A stretch of 64,000 nt of DNA from a virus. Position 1 is the first letter of the stretch. Every line of letters begins with the position of its first letter. Below the pieces are notes generated by a model. It was not told the origin of the DNA, did not search any database, and saw only the letters and a list, made by a program, of their open reading frames with translations. The stretch is from positions 32,001 to 96,000 of IMG/VR virus record IMGVR_UViG_3300009345_000003, one strand, 5' to 3'. Both the position numbers and the translations under genes were made by a program. Of the stretch, positions 42,910 to 54,407 are shown in pieces.

Positions 42910-44529
42910 TTAAACTCCTGTATCAACTGGTGTATCTATACCGGGATTTTCTTCATGCCATTCAGTTGCACCAAGGAGCATGGCACAATAGTCGAACGGG
43001 CCTTTCCGATAAACGTCATGCACAACGATGTATTCGATCTTATTACCACCTTCGTCAATTTTTAAACTATCTTGTGCAGACAATCCAAGACCAGGAACAA
43101 GACATAAGCCGTCCATGACTCCTGCTACCTGGATGCGATACTGTTCATCATCGTAAGATTCCATGCCAAATTCTAGGCGTGTATGTGATTGCATTTCCAT
43201 AATGGAGCCTACGCACCCCACGTATACAGGGACAAGCAGCCGTTTACCAGACAAGGATTCAACTACTTTTCCAGGCAACCAGCCTTTATGCGCAGCTACC
43301 TGATCATGCTGTAACCCTGAGTCTGACGCAGATAATGGCGGCGGTTCTCCAACATTTGATAAGTAATTATAGCTACCACAATCATTAACTTTAATTGTGC
43401 ATAAGCATAAGGATCGCACAAATGAATTTCGAACAGGGTACGTTGTTTGCCATCCCCATAATCCGTCGAAATACAGTATCCTATTAGCCATATTAATTGT
43501 GTCGTACGTGAATATAGTTTCTGTGTTAGGGTACGCTTCTTTTGTTTTTGCTTGTGATGAGTTGTTATATGCTATGCAAGGAATAGTAAATGGACAAGAT
43601 ACGTCTGAATTCGAAGGTCCGCAAATAGGATTAGAAACACCTGATATAGGTAAGTTTTTTAGTGTATTTAAATCAGTTGAAGATGATCCACATATTTCAG
43701 TATTATTATCTAACCGTTTTTCCATGGGCCAGCGCACACCTATTCTTAGTGTTCTGTTATTTGATGTTCCAGTTTCGTAAGAATAAACTAATGATTGTAA
43801 ACCATCATAATTCATGTAGTCCCAATAAAATGGAGGGAGGTGACGTAATGATCCTAGTACATTATTATACGCAAAATTTCTTTGAACATAACCGACACTT
43901 GCGTTACCAAGTGTGTAGGTTGTTCCAGAAACAGACATAGGGTACGGGTATCCTTCTTTAGATACAATACGCTTTAACCACCCAAGGTAAAACATTTCGT
44001 AAACTACAGATTGACGAATTTTTTTATAATCGTCTTCTTGGGGAACTGTTGGCGTACGCACTAAACAAGTAATGCGCTTAGCATCAATGTTTAACCAGTA
44101 ACAAATAGTTTCAGCACCTACCAGGATGGCGGGACAGCCTTCATAAAAATGTGAGTTTACATTGTACATATCAGGATCAGCTAAAGAACCAGCCTGACAA
44201 TCCCAAGGTAAGTCGGGATCAAAGTTGGTGTATGCATTAATTTGAATACCTTGCTGATTCTTACCTTCGTAACCACTGAAAGTGCGCAGCCCAATGTAAA
44301 TAGGTAATTCACCGGTTATCACAGACTTTAAAATAACATAGCGTTCACCATCCTGGTTCATGGACAATCCAGGGTCTGTTGAGTCATCTACATAATCCAT
44401 CACCTTAGTCCATATGGCTCTGGAATTATGAGGTACGCCTTCGTTGTCACCGGTTGCCCAACCGATGATAATATTTAGTAGCTCCTTGTGACCTACACAA
44501 GTGCCCTTTATATAATCTGCCTGAGCCAT
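42910..44529 (-). CDS. Virion (tail-associated) structural protein
   Basis: Follows the tape measure; GTCVGHKELL, YEMFYLG, YPYPM-x-V-x-G, GVMDGL, YIVVHDVYR motifs. Confidence 0.65.
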   Translation of the reverse strand: MAQADYIKGTCVGHKELLNIIIGWATGDNEGVPHNSRAIWTKVMDYVDDSTDPGLSMNQDGERYVILKSVITGELPIYIGLRTFSGYEGKNQQGIQINAYTNFDPDLPWDCQAGSLADPDMYNVNSHFYEGCPAILVGAETICYWLNIDAKRITCLVRTPTVPQEDDYKKIRQSVVYEMFYLGWLKRIVSKEGYPYPMSVSGTTYTLGNASVGYVQRNFAYNNVLGSLRHLPPFYWDYMNYDGLQSLVYSYETGTSNNRTLRIGVRWPMEKRLDNNTEICGSSSTDLNTLKNLPISGVSNPICGPSNSDVSCPFTIPCIAYNNSSQAKTKEAYPNTETIFTYDTINMANRILYFDGLWGWQTTYPVRNSFVRSLCLCTIKVNDCGSYNYLSNVGEPPPLSASDSGLQHDQVAAHKGWLPGKVVESLSGKRLLVPVYVGCVGSIMEMQSHTRLEFGMESYDDEQYRIQVAGVMDGLCLVPGLGLSAQDSLKIDEGGNKIEYIVVHDVYRKGPFDYCAMLLGATEWHEENPGIDTPVDTGV

Positions 44530-44538
44530 ATAGTCTCC

Positions 44539-47500
44539 TTATTTACCAAATATATCCAAGCTGGTTAGAACGTTTTTAATGGTTTTTACACCATCTGGTG
44601 ATGTAATATATCTTTGAAATAATCTGGGATCAGTTATGTTTTGTATATTTATCTTTTTATTTTGTCCAATAGGGGCTGGCTGATTATTCTGTATATTAGA
44701 TGTACCTACATCCCTAGCTTGAGTAGCGTCCGACAGTGATTTTAAGTATGTGGACGGTAAAGAACGAATAGCCCCTTCTATGTTACCTTGGTTTAAGGCC
44801 CGTACAAAGCTTACACCGAGCTTTCTAGTAATTGGCTCGTTAAGTACACCTTCTCCTTTAGTGAGAAATGCGGCTGTGGAATCTGCGTGTTTGTTGCCTT
44901 TAGTAACTACTCCGCTACTATTGATCCCTCCCTCAGCGAAGGCATTAATAACTGTGCCAAAGTGTGCCGCAGTACCTCCCACAGCACCTAATGCACCACT
45001 CAGAGCACCACCCATACCAGTAACACTAGCCGCAGAATTCATACCGCCTTGCATAGCCATTGATGTTTGTTGCATGGTTTGAGCTGCCAGCATAATTTGA
45101 TCGCTGGCCTGCATTTGCAATGTAGCGGACTGCATCATCTGCTGGCTAGCTACCTGCATAAGCTGCTCTTTGCTTGCGTTTTCAGGTATTTGCATCTGGC
45201 CTGCTTGTGCTTCACCGCCTCCTCCACCAAGTAAGCTACCTAATATGCCACCTACGGAACCGAGTATTCCACCAAGTATGCCTCCACCACTAAACATACT
45301 ACCTACGGAACTAGCCATCTTTGTTAAGCCACCTAAGTCAGCACTTTCGGTAGCAGCTGGTTGTGCTGGAGTCATATTAGCTAGTAAGCTTTTATCAATG
45401 CCATCTATAGACCTGCTATCAATGGTCGGGGTGGATGTTGTGTCCAGGAGCGCGTCAGCAGCATTAGCAGTTTTGTCTACCTCTAGTGACTTGAGCAAGT
45501 TTACAGCACCTGCACTTTGAGGTGTAGGTATGTTAGCAGTTGTACCAGTTGCATCCGCTTGACCGGGCGCGCTGGGTACTTGTGCATTTTGCTGAGATAC
45601 AGTAGTCGCCGCAGCAAACCTATCCACGGCTGCTTGGAAGTTAGCTACAGAAGTTTGGAAGTTTGTTCCGGTTGCAGCATTCTTGGTAGCTGTCTGTTGA
45701 TTCTGCTGAACTATCTGCATATTATTAGTGTGCTGTGTCTGGTTTTGAGTTTTTTGCTGTTCAGCAGTCATTTTATTAGTTTGAGCAGCAGTAGTTTGAG
45801 TATCAGCAGCAGTTTGTTGAGTGTTAGCCGCTACTTGTTCTGTAGCTTGCTCACCTATGTTATCAGCTTCAGAAGTAGCTGTATTTAGCATGTTTTTAGA
45901 CCACATTTGACCTAACTGATTAATACCGGCATCGATCATGGAGTTTACCCAGGATTCAATAATCTTCCAGTTCATGTCATATAATGCTTGTTCTAAATCT
46001 ACATCTTCACCAGCCAAACCTCGAAGTGAAGTCATGACACTAGTATTGATAGCTTCAGCATAAGTATCGAATTGAGTCTCTACAGCCTTAGCAAAAGATG
46101 CGTCTATGTCTTTATATTTTTCAAAAAATGCAAATGCTCCTTCTTGTACAGGATTTAAATCAACATTAGCCTTTTTCAAATCATTCATGAGCGCAGCTAA
46201 CACACTACCTAACCTGTGTGCCTCAGCTGTAGTGTCATTAAGTTTATCAGTCCACTCATCGGTAGCTTCACCAGCCTTATCAGCAGCCTGGACATACTGT
46301 TTTACCTTGGAACCTAAAGAATCTTGTAATTCAGTACCCTTAGCACCAGCACCGTCAACAATAGCCTTGGCGTCATTGTTTCTTGCAGTGATTTGCTGTG
46401 TATACGTGTCGATACGCTTACCAATTTCAAGAACAATCTCTCGTATAGCTACAGCATTCTTTACTAAGGCTTCTCTAGCTGCCTGGGCTTGTGAATGACG
46501 TATTTCCTCCATTTTCAGTTTAATATTCTGAAGTTGAGTTAATTTATCGTTTACTTCTACTGCCGTGTTATATGCTTCCATACCGGACGCTGTGCGCGGC
46601 TGATCAATAGCGTAGCTTATTAAAGTATCACGCCAATCTTGCACAGCAGAAATCATAGAATCGATTGTAGGCTGTATTTCACCAATACCTTGCACGTACA
46701 TGGGAGCCATCTGCTGCTGATACGATTCCTGTTCAATTAATAGAGATTGTTTATCATAGTATCGTTCAGGCTGTGACACGTTATTAACACGCTGATACTC
46801 CATGAGTTTTTTATTGAACGCACTTTGACCCGTGTTCATCTCATCATAGAAACTACGTATGGAATCCTGCATAGTTACAATGGTATCAGTTAGTGTTTTT
46901 ACAGAAGCTTGTACTGTAGCTAATTTACCAACAGCGTTAGTGGAAAAACTAGTCCAAGCAGACTTAGCAGCCATGGAATCTTTGAGATGTTCAGTTTGTT
47001 TAGCTGTTATTTGCAGCTGCTGGTCTAGAGACTCCAAGGAAGCCGTGGATGTAGCTACTTGCTTTTTAACGTCTGAGAAAGCATTGGACATAGCTTCACC
47101 CAGATTTACATAGTTAGACGTATCGCTTAGCTCTTGGGCTTGTTTAAGCTGCCTCATGAACGTATCATATGAAGAACTAGCAGTATCAATAGCAAGCTTT
47201 GTTTTTAGAATAGAAGAAACATATTTCCACTGTTCTTTAACTAGCTTGCGTATATTCTTTCCAGACTCAGATATGGCGCGACTATCAAATACATTTTTAG
47301 CCGCTGTTTTCATATAATTATATTTTTCAGTAGCTAAGTCTAACTTATCAAGTAAGTCATCGTATGAAGTCATGTCATCAAGCTTGGTGATGTCTTTAAT
47401 ATACTGAGCACCCTTTTTACTGGCATTACCAATTTGCGCGGCTGATTGTACAGACATCTTCGAATGAGCAGCAATATCACGTGCTATGGCAGCTATCTTT

Positions 47501-50500
47501 TCAACACCGACAATACCGTCAGCGCTAATTTTTTTAGCGGCGTCATATGACATGTCCCATGCTTGTTTAATAGTATTGTACAACTTCTGCTGCACATCAG
47601 CGCTCAGTGCGCCAATGCCCTTTTCTGGAAAAGCCTCATTAGCAGTATTAAATACTCCTTCAGTTTTATTCAGTACTTCGTTTATTTCTTTCTGTATGCG
47701 CTTCTTTTCAGCTGCTGATGGTTTCTGTATAGTTAAGCTTAATGTAAGTTTAACTTTTTTAGCTGTGTTGGCTAATTCATCAACCATACCTTTGTAATAA
47801 CTTTTATACTGCGATTCATTTTGATCTATAGCTACTTGTATATCTTTTTCATCACCTTTTTTAAGTTTGTCTATGGCTTCGCTAAACGGTCTTTGTTCTC
47901 CTGTATTTAGCTTATCGATTAACTGTGTAACTCTAGGTAAAGATATTTCCGCTTGTTGCTGAGCGCTTAATAGAGATGCTCTGAGATCATCTATTTTATT
48001 TTTTTCATCTGTACTTTTTGTAACTTTTTGTAGTTTATCCATATGCTCATAAATTTTAGGTAAGTATGGCATTAAAGTTTCAACAGCTTTAACAGACGCT
48101 TGTAGAGCTTTAGGTTCAGCTTCTACTATTGTGCCAGGATTTGAGTTAACCAGCTGTTGAAATTTAGTAGTAGCTGCAATGAATTTTTCTATTTTTCCAA
48201 CATCTTCACTAATATTCTCAAAAGGAGCAATATTTCCGTTTTCATTATGATTAAAGCTAAAACCAAAAGCTGAAGGTGATAAAGTAAGTTTATACTTACC
48301 TAGTGGGTTATTTTCATCTGTTTTATTATATAGTTCAAAATTCTTAACCACATTCTCTTTTAAAGAGTCTGCAATTGAAATCATTTTTGTTGCGATGTTA
48401 TTTATTTCTACTGATGTTTGTTTATCAGTTACTTGTGCTTGGTATGCACTACTACCTTTATCTGTAAGTGTGTTTAATTTTCCTGAAGTGTCGTATATGC
48501 GCTTTTTAACATCTTCAAGCATATTAAAGAGCAAGTCACCCATTTTAGCAATTTGTTCTTTACTAGGATTGCCCACCAATCCTTCGGAAATAGCTTTCTG
48601 TATGTTTTCTTGCAGCTTTTTAACTTCTGCGTCAGCCGATAGCTGTAAAGCAGATATAGCTACTGCTGCTCCACTTTTAACTGTGGATTTAGACATAGTG
48701 TCGTTTTCTTTAGCACGTTCAAGCACAGACTGTATGTTTGTTACTCTGTGCGCTATATTCGTATCAGTACGCACATTAGCTGTCTGCTGCTTCATTTCAG
48801 CTATTTCTGATTTTAATTTTTTTGAATTATTAACCATGCTTTCTATGTTTTCTGCAAAGGTAGCACTGGCATCTTCAGTTGCTAAACTTACTGCTGCTAT
48901 TGCAGCACCTAGACCTGCAAAAATTGCTACAATGGGAGCGATAGCTATACCAGAAGTAGCGAGTAAACCAAATAGTAATGTTAACGATGCTACTGCACCT
49001 GCAATAGCTGCGCCCAATACACCAAAAACACTCACGTATATAAATATTTTACCTACACCGCTAAATAACTTTTTCTGTGCTTTACTAGCGTCACTAAATG
49101 CTTCAAAAACAGCACGTACTTTTTTAACCAATTCAGTAAAACCTTTAATCATACCTACTGCGGTATCACCTAAAGCTGATTCTTCACCAAGTACAAATAA
49201 TTCTAAAAGAAGGTTTTTAAGTTTAGTAAGGCTTGAAGCTATAGTATCTGAACTTAAATCTACAGCATTAGCCATGCCACCCATGATGTTTAAATCTTTA
49301 GTGTATCTTTTTAACTCATCTGTCTTAGAAAGCATAATGGAGAATGCATTGGCAGCACGTACAGACATGCCTTCAAATGCTTGCGAAACATCCATACCAG
49401 CATCGTGCAATGTTTTAAATATGGATGTCATATCATTGAACCGAGGGTTAACGTCTGCTAAATCTACACCTAAACTAACCAAGATGTTTGTCAGTTTTTC
49501 AGTAGGGTTCATTAAGTCATTGATAACTTGCCGCATGTACGTACCGACTTTACTCATCGATAAGCCTGCGTTGGCCAAAGTACCTACAGCACCAAGCGTT
49601 TCTTGCATGGATAAGTTAGCCTGTGGCGCAATACCAGAAAGGTAGCTCATGGTTTGCTGTAAACCTTCTAAGCTAGCTTTAGATGTACTAACCGTGTTGA
49701 ACAGTAAATTAGAAATACGACTAGCTTCACCCACAGAAACACCCCAAGCACGAATCATGGTTGTTACAATGTCACCGACAACGGTTAAGCTAGCTTTTGT
49801 TGCTTGCGCTAATTGCGCGGCAGTTTCAATAATATTTAAAGTTTCTCTAGCACTGAAACCTGCTTTGGCTATTTCAAGTCCTGCTTCACCTATCTTCATA
49901 AGTTCAATGTTCATGTTTTCGCCAAGGCGCAGGAACTTTTTATTCAAGGAATCTACATCTTTAGAAAACGCTTGTGTAACACCAGCCATAACAGACATAA
50001 TATGCTGGTACTGAGTCATTCCTTGCATTAACTGCATGAGTCCAGCGTACATTGACCAGTACATTCTGAGTTGCACAAACCAGCGCATCCTAAACACATC
50101 GAATACATTACCACCAGCTTCGTTTGCGGCTAGTCGTGATGATTTAGTATGAACTTTATCTAAACTTTTATTTACTTTCTTTATAACATCTGTGAGCTTT
50201 TCACCGCTGTTAGCTAAGTTATCAAATATAGAACTTGATACGTTGTTTTTTGTAAGATTAGTAATAGCCTTTATGCTTGCTTCAAGCTCTCGCAAAGCTT
50301 TTGTAATTTTATTTACTTCTTTAGGCTGATTCTTAGCCGCAGCGTGCAAGTTTAAATTAAATTGGTCAGTACCTATGTCCTTTATATTTAATCCAAGCCC
50401 CATAGTTTCAGTAGCTACTTCTGTCTTAAGCGTGTCTATACGCTTAAGATGTTTCTCAACAGACTCCATAGTGCTTATTTCAGCAGCTAATTTTAAGCGC

Positions 50501-53500
50501 TGATCTTCCGAAGACTTTTCTAAGTATTCATTACTTATAAGTAAGTCTTTCTTTGCTTTTATGACTTTTTGCGAAGCTATCTTTACACTGTTCAGCCGCT
50601 CAATATAAGTCATCATATTGGATGGATCGGAACCTACTTCTTTCAAACCTACAGCAAGTTTATCAAGTGAAATAGACGCGTCGTTAGCTGCTTTATTTAA
50701 TAACTCCAACTGATTTGTAGGTTTTGATCCTAACGAAGCAGTCAGCTTTTCAAGCATGGCATCCATACTGTCCATATTAAACAGAGGCGCTTTACCCGAA
50801 GCCAAGCTATATGCATTAATAGTAGCGTATAAATCTTTAACCATATTCAAGGCAGCGATACGGCCTTGCTCATGTTCGTTGACATCACTTGCTATGCGTA
50901 GGTACTGCTTAATTTCATCTTTAACCTTAAGCATAGCTTGGCCACTAGCCTCAAAAATAGTCTGCAACTGTTTAGCCACAGGAATACCGTCAGTATTGGC
51001 TTGTTTAGCTGCTTCAACGATACCTAAAAGATTTTTATAAACACTTTGTTCGTTTATAAGTGCTCTGTGTCTCGCTTTTATTTCATCATTAACTTTTTTT
51101 TCAGCTATTTTCCTAGCTTCAGCACCTACCGCTGGGTTAGGTATAGCGTTTTGCATAGGTGAGGCAGCATCCTGCTTGAACTTTTTTAAATACCCTTGGA
51201 TACCGGCGATGACTTGTTCTATATCTTTATATTCAGCAAGATTACCTAATAGTTTAAGGTCTTTATCTTTACTTTGTAATTTATTGATACTGGCTATCAA
51301 TTGAACCATAATAGATTCAACACCCTGAGCATTTGTGCCAAGTAAAGCCATAGCTTTAGCAGGATTAGTAGCCATATCCTGGACAGTAACACCTACTTTA
51401 GCTAATTGACGTTCAACATCACTATAATCTTTTACTACAGTATGAAGTACACCACTAAGCTCTTTAGTCTTTTCCAGGTTTATACGATTGACTGCCTGAG
51501 CTGTAAGTCCCTGCTTATCAAGCTTGGATTCATTGGAATCATACGCTTGACCGAGAGATTGCATGGACTTTACCAACTCTTGGATGTGATTGTTCATTTT
51601 CACAAAGCTGGACTGTACTTTGGTAGGATCAGCATTATCCAAAGCATCCACAGCTTCATTACCTAGAGCATGTAGATTTGTTCTAGTAGTGGCTATGGTT
51701 TTAGATAAGGCTTCCATCTTCTTTCTATCTTCAGGGGAGACTACAGTAAATGCGCCTTTAGTAGCTTCCTTAGATTCATAAAGTTCAATGGATACTTTTT
51801 CTATGGCGGTTCGTAGATCATTAACAGCAGTTTTAGGTGTACCGCTGGATAACCCGACAGCGTTAAGAAATTTGTGCATTAACTCTGTATTTGTACCAGA
51901 AATAGCGCCTACTTCTTTAAGTAGTTCAAGAGTTTCAATTAAACCTTGCTGTTTACCAGTAGCAGTGGTTCCCTGCTTCATAGCAGTTTGCAAATTATTA
52001 TACACACCTGCCATACTAGCAATCTGCTTGCTATCTACCTGCTCCATGGCAGCGTTTGTGTTTATCCCTCTTTTTTGCAAGTCAACAAACTGCTTCATAA
52101 GGTCATTACGTTGCCTGCTAGTAAGTAATCCTTTTTCAATAAGCGCTAAAGATTCTTTGTATGTATCTTTGATGCGTTTATTAGATTCAGCAATTTTATC
52201 AAGTACACGCTGCCTAGCGTCGATAGCTGCGTTTAATTTTTCTTCATATAATGCCTGTTCTTTTACGGCATCTATCTCTTTCTGGTTTTCAGTGAGCTTT
52301 TTGTTAACTCCTGCAAAACTAATTGTGTCACCACTCTCCAGCGAGTATTTATTTTTACTCATTGTAAGCATGGTGTCTTTAATAAACTTCAAAGTTTGCT
52401 GAGCTTGCTTGAGCATTTCAAGTCTACCAGCAGGCATTAGATCAGTCTCGGTAGCTAGCTTTTTTAGTAAAGCGTAACCTTGCTGCATTTTATCCATGAC
52501 TTTTAGTTTCTGAGCATCGCTAGTAAGCAAACTCTGATTAACTTTAGCCATGGAGCCGCCATTTTTGATATACCTGTTTTGAAGCGTGGTATACTTGTCA
52601 GAAGCTTTTACGCTAGCGCCTTGAAGGATCAGGAGATTAGCGTATTGGTCCATGTACTCTTGAGCAAACTGATTAGCTAAACGCTCATTGCTAATTTTAG
52701 TTTCTTGCTTGGTGATGAACCGATCAGTAATACCTAACTGTTTTTCAGCACTTTTATTAAAACCTTGGACCTCAGCTATTTCCACGTACAGATTTTTTAA
52801 CTTTTTAAGGCGCTCTTCCTGGCCTTCTAAGTCATTTTTACCAATGTCTGACTTGGCGAAATTTGTGTAGTCTTTTTTTAGCTGCACCAGAATACGGTTA
52901 AAATTATATCCGTCTTTGGCCAGCGTGTTAAAACCATCAGTACCGGTAGTCTTAAGCTTTTGTACGGACGCTGTGACGTTCTCAACGCTAGGTTTTAATC
53001 CTCCTCTTATTTCAGCGTTAACCTTAGTGATGCTTTCACGAAGTTTACTAAAAGCTTGTTGTGCGGCAAGTTCATCTTCAATGTTACCTATGGAGTCCAT
53101 GGCTTTTGCAGATGCTTTAGCTCCGCCAGTCATAGCTATCTGCGTAGCTATAGTGTGCTGCTCACGAAGATTACTAAGCTGCTTAATGTTAGCTTCTGCT
53201 ATATTGCCGTTAATGGCATTTATTCCAGCATATTCAGCTTGTAATTTAGCGAGGCTGTTTTCAAGTCTTTTAGTTACGTTTAGTCTAGAATATTCCTTAG
53301 CTAAAATATTTGCTTCAACGTTAGCACCTGATTCACGTAGCTTGTTAATAGTAGCATATAAGCTTTGAGTATTTTTTAGAATATTACCACCAGCACCAAT
53401 GTTTTGAATATACTGGTATGCGCTAGTTTTAAGTTTTCTGATATCGTCATTGAGGACAGTAGCTGCTTCAGACTGTTTGTATAACTCATCTGTACTTGTA

Positions 53501-54405
53501 CCCAGCACTTTAGCGTTTTTTCTAAATGCAGTTACTAAGTCTTTAGTAATTGTCTGGGTGAGTGCTTTGTCTGCTTCAAAATATTCTTTACGTGCTTGTT
53601 GAAAATCTTTAAGCACTTGTTTGTCTATGTAGCCCTGTTCAGGTCTTTCACTTAAATCGTCATCTTCTACTGTTTGAGGTTTGATTTTTTCGGCGTGTGC
53701 TTTGAGAGCAATTAATTTTTGTTCAAGCATGTCTACACGCGCTAATGTGTCTTTACCAAATAATTGAGCACCAAGTTTTTTATCAAACTTAAGTGTGCTC
53801 ATTGCCTTATTAATATCAGTAAAAGTCTGCTGAGCATTAGTGCGAATAAAATTGAACGAGTTGGCGTAATCCTGTTTAAGTAGATTTGCTGTGGTAGAAC
53901 CTACAAACGTTTCTCGTATTTTACTTTCAATTTCACCAAAGCTTTTGACAACATCATCACCAGTTTCTTTGGCAATCTGTTTTGCTTTTTTATGTTCTTC
54001 TTTAAGTGCATTAGTTAATGCATCTGCTTTAGGTATTTCGTTTACAGTAGGCTTAATATCTGCTGACTTAGCTAGTTGGCTGGCTACATCTTTAGATATA
54101 CTACGTACAACATTTTTGTACTTATCTAATCTTGCAGTAAGTTCAGATACCTTCTTATCAAAAGCTTTAGTATCTACATTAGGTGTAGCTTTAAGTGAGC
54201 TTAATTTATCACCTAAAGCAGTAAACTTATTGCTTACAGTAATAAGCTCAGACTGAATATCTTTCAGTCCTTTAGCTTTAATTGTTACATTTTTTTCAGA
54301 CTTTATCTTTTTTAATTTTTCTTCAAACGCTTTAACTTTACTAATAGTTTCATCAATACCAGAATTAGTAACTTTAAACTCACTATGAAAAATACTATCA
54401 GCCAT
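44539..54405 (-). CDS. Tail tape measure protein (3288 aa, TP901-type core)
   Basis: Helical A/K/E/Q-rich; IAKAGFSA...LAQAT, LANAGLSMSKVGTYMRQVINDLMNPT core; TM-like stretch; C-terminal FAEGG...DSTAAFLTKGEGVLN. Confidence 0.95.
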   Translation of the reverse strand: MADSIFHSEFKVTNSGIDETISKVKAFEEKLKKIKSEKNVTIKAKGLKDIQSELITVSNKFTALGDKLSSLKATPNVDTKAFDKKVSELTARLDKYKNVVRSISKDVASQLAKSADIKPTVNEIPKADALTNALKEEHKKAKQIAKETGDDVVKSFGEIESKIRETFVGSTTANLLKQDYANSFNFIRTNAQQTFTDINKAMSTLKFDKKLGAQLFGKDTLARVDMLEQKLIALKAHAEKIKPQTVEDDDLSERPEQGYIDKQVLKDFQQARKEYFEADKALTQTITKDLVTAFRKNAKVLGTSTDELYKQSEAATVLNDDIRKLKTSAYQYIQNIGAGGNILKNTQSLYATINKLRESGANVEANILAKEYSRLNVTKRLENSLAKLQAEYAGINAINGNIAEANIKQLSNLREQHTIATQIAMTGGAKASAKAMDSIGNIEDELAAQQAFSKLRESITKVNAEIRGGLKPSVENVTASVQKLKTTGTDGFNTLAKDGYNFNRILVQLKKDYTNFAKSDIGKNDLEGQEERLKKLKNLYVEIAEVQGFNKSAEKQLGITDRFITKQETKISNERLANQFAQEYMDQYANLLILQGASVKASDKYTTLQNRYIKNGGSMAKVNQSLLTSDAQKLKVMDKMQQGYALLKKLATETDLMPAGRLEMLKQAQQTLKFIKDTMLTMSKNKYSLESGDTISFAGVNKKLTENQKEIDAVKEQALYEEKLNAAIDARQRVLDKIAESNKRIKDTYKESLALIEKGLLTSRQRNDLMKQFVDLQKRGINTNAAMEQVDSKQIASMAGVYNNLQTAMKQGTTATGKQQGLIETLELLKEVGAISGTNTELMHKFLNAVGLSSGTPKTAVNDLRTAIEKVSIELYESKEATKGAFTVVSPEDRKKMEALSKTIATTRTNLHALGNEAVDALDNADPTKVQSSFVKMNNHIQELVKSMQSLGQAYDSNESKLDKQGLTAQAVNRINLEKTKELSGVLHTVVKDYSDVERQLAKVGVTVQDMATNPAKAMALLGTNAQGVESIMVQLIASINKLQSKDKDLKLLGNLAEYKDIEQVIAGIQGYLKKFKQDAASPMQNAIPNPAVGAEARKIAEKKVNDEIKARHRALINEQSVYKNLLGIVEAAKQANTDGIPVAKQLQTIFEASGQAMLKVKDEIKQYLRIASDVNEHEQGRIAALNMVKDLYATINAYSLASGKAPLFNMDSMDAMLEKLTASLGSKPTNQLELLNKAANDASISLDKLAVGLKEVGSDPSNMMTYIERLNSVKIASQKVIKAKKDLLISNEYLEKSSEDQRLKLAAEISTMESVEKHLKRIDTLKTEVATETMGLGLNIKDIGTDQFNLNLHAAAKNQPKEVNKITKALRELEASIKAITNLTKNNVSSSIFDNLANSGEKLTDVIKKVNKSLDKVHTKSSRLAANEAGGNVFDVFRMRWFVQLRMYWSMYAGLMQLMQGMTQYQHIMSVMAGVTQAFSKDVDSLNKKFLRLGENMNIELMKIGEAGLEIAKAGFSARETLNIIETAAQLAQATKASLTVVGDIVTTMIRAWGVSVGEASRISNLLFNTVSTSKASLEGLQQTMSYLSGIAPQANLSMQETLGAVGTLANAGLSMSKVGTYMRQVINDLMNPTEKLTNILVSLGVDLADVNPRFNDMTSIFKTLHDAGMDVSQAFEGMSVRAANAFSIMLSKTDELKRYTKDLNIMGGMANAVDLSSDTIASSLTKLKNLLLELFVLGEESALGDTAVGMIKGFTELVKKVRAVFEAFSDASKAQKKLFSGVGKIFIYVSVFGVLGAAIAGAVASLTLLFGLLATSGIAIAPIVAIFAGLGAAIAAVSLATEDASATFAENIESMVNNSKKLKSEIAEMKQQTANVRTDTNIAHRVTNIQSVLERAKENDTMSKSTVKSGAAVAISALQLSADAEVKKLQENIQKAISEGLVGNPSKEQIAKMGDLLFNMLEDVKKRIYDTSGKLNTLTDKGSSAYQAQVTDKQTSVEINNIATKMISIADSLKENVVKNFELYNKTDENNPLGKYKLTLSPSAFGFSFNHNENGNIAPFENISEDVGKIEKFIAATTKFQQLVNSNPGTIVEAEPKALQASVKAVETLMPYLPKIYEHMDKLQKVTKSTDEKNKIDDLRASLLSAQQQAEISLPRVTQLIDKLNTGEQRPFSEAIDKLKKGDEKDIQVAIDQNESQYKSYYKGMVDELANTAKKVKLTLSLTIQKPSAAEKKRIQKEINEVLNKTEGVFNTANEAFPEKGIGALSADVQQKLYNTIKQAWDMSYDAAKKISADGIVGVEKIAAIARDIAAHSKMSVQSAAQIGNASKKGAQYIKDITKLDDMTSYDDLLDKLDLATEKYNYMKTAAKNVFDSRAISESGKNIRKLVKEQWKYVSSILKTKLAIDTASSSYDTFMRQLKQAQELSDTSNYVNLGEAMSNAFSDVKKQVATSTASLESLDQQLQITAKQTEHLKDSMAAKSAWTSFSTNAVGKLATVQASVKTLTDTIVTMQDSIRSFYDEMNTGQSAFNKKLMEYQRVNNVSQPERYYDKQSLLIEQESYQQQMAPMYVQGIGEIQPTIDSMISAVQDWRDTLISYAIDQPRTASGMEAYNTAVEVNDKLTQLQNIKLKMEEIRHSQAQAAREALVKNAVAIREIVLEIGKRIDTYTQQITARNNDAKAIVDGAGAKGTELQDSLGSKVKQYVQAADKAGEATDEWTDKLNDTTAEAHRLGSVLAALMNDLKKANVDLNPVQEGAFAFFEKYKDIDASFAKAVETQFDTYAEAINTSVMTSLRGLAGEDVDLEQALYDMNWKIIESWVNSMIDAGINQLGQMWSKNMLNTATSEADNIGEQATEQVAANTQQTAADTQTTAAQTNKMTAEQQKTQNQTQHTNNMQIVQQNQQTATKNAATGTNFQTSVANFQAAVDRFAAATTVSQQNAQVPSAPGQADATGTTANIPTPQSAGAVNLLKSLEVDKTANAADALLDTTSTPTIDSRSIDGIDKSLLANMTPAQPAATESADLGGLTKMASSVGSMFSGGGILGGILGSVGGILGSLLGGGGGEAQAGQMQIPENASKEQLMQVASQQMMQSATLQMQASDQIMLAAQTMQQTSMAMQGGMNSAASVTGMGGALSGALGAVGGTAAHFGTVINAFAEGGINSSGVVTKGNKHADSTAAFLTKGEGVLNEPITRKLGVSFVRALNQGNIEGAIRSLPSTYLKSLSDATQARDVGTSNIQNNQPAPIGQNKKINIQNITDPRLFQRYITSPDGVKTIKNVLTSLDIFGK

Positions 54406-54407
54406 GT

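Noticed and set aside
44750-54256. Many plus-strand ORFs, including the 416-aa ORF at 48395-49645
   Set aside because: Antisense shadows of the tape measure gene with S/L/A-biased composition and no recognisable motifs.
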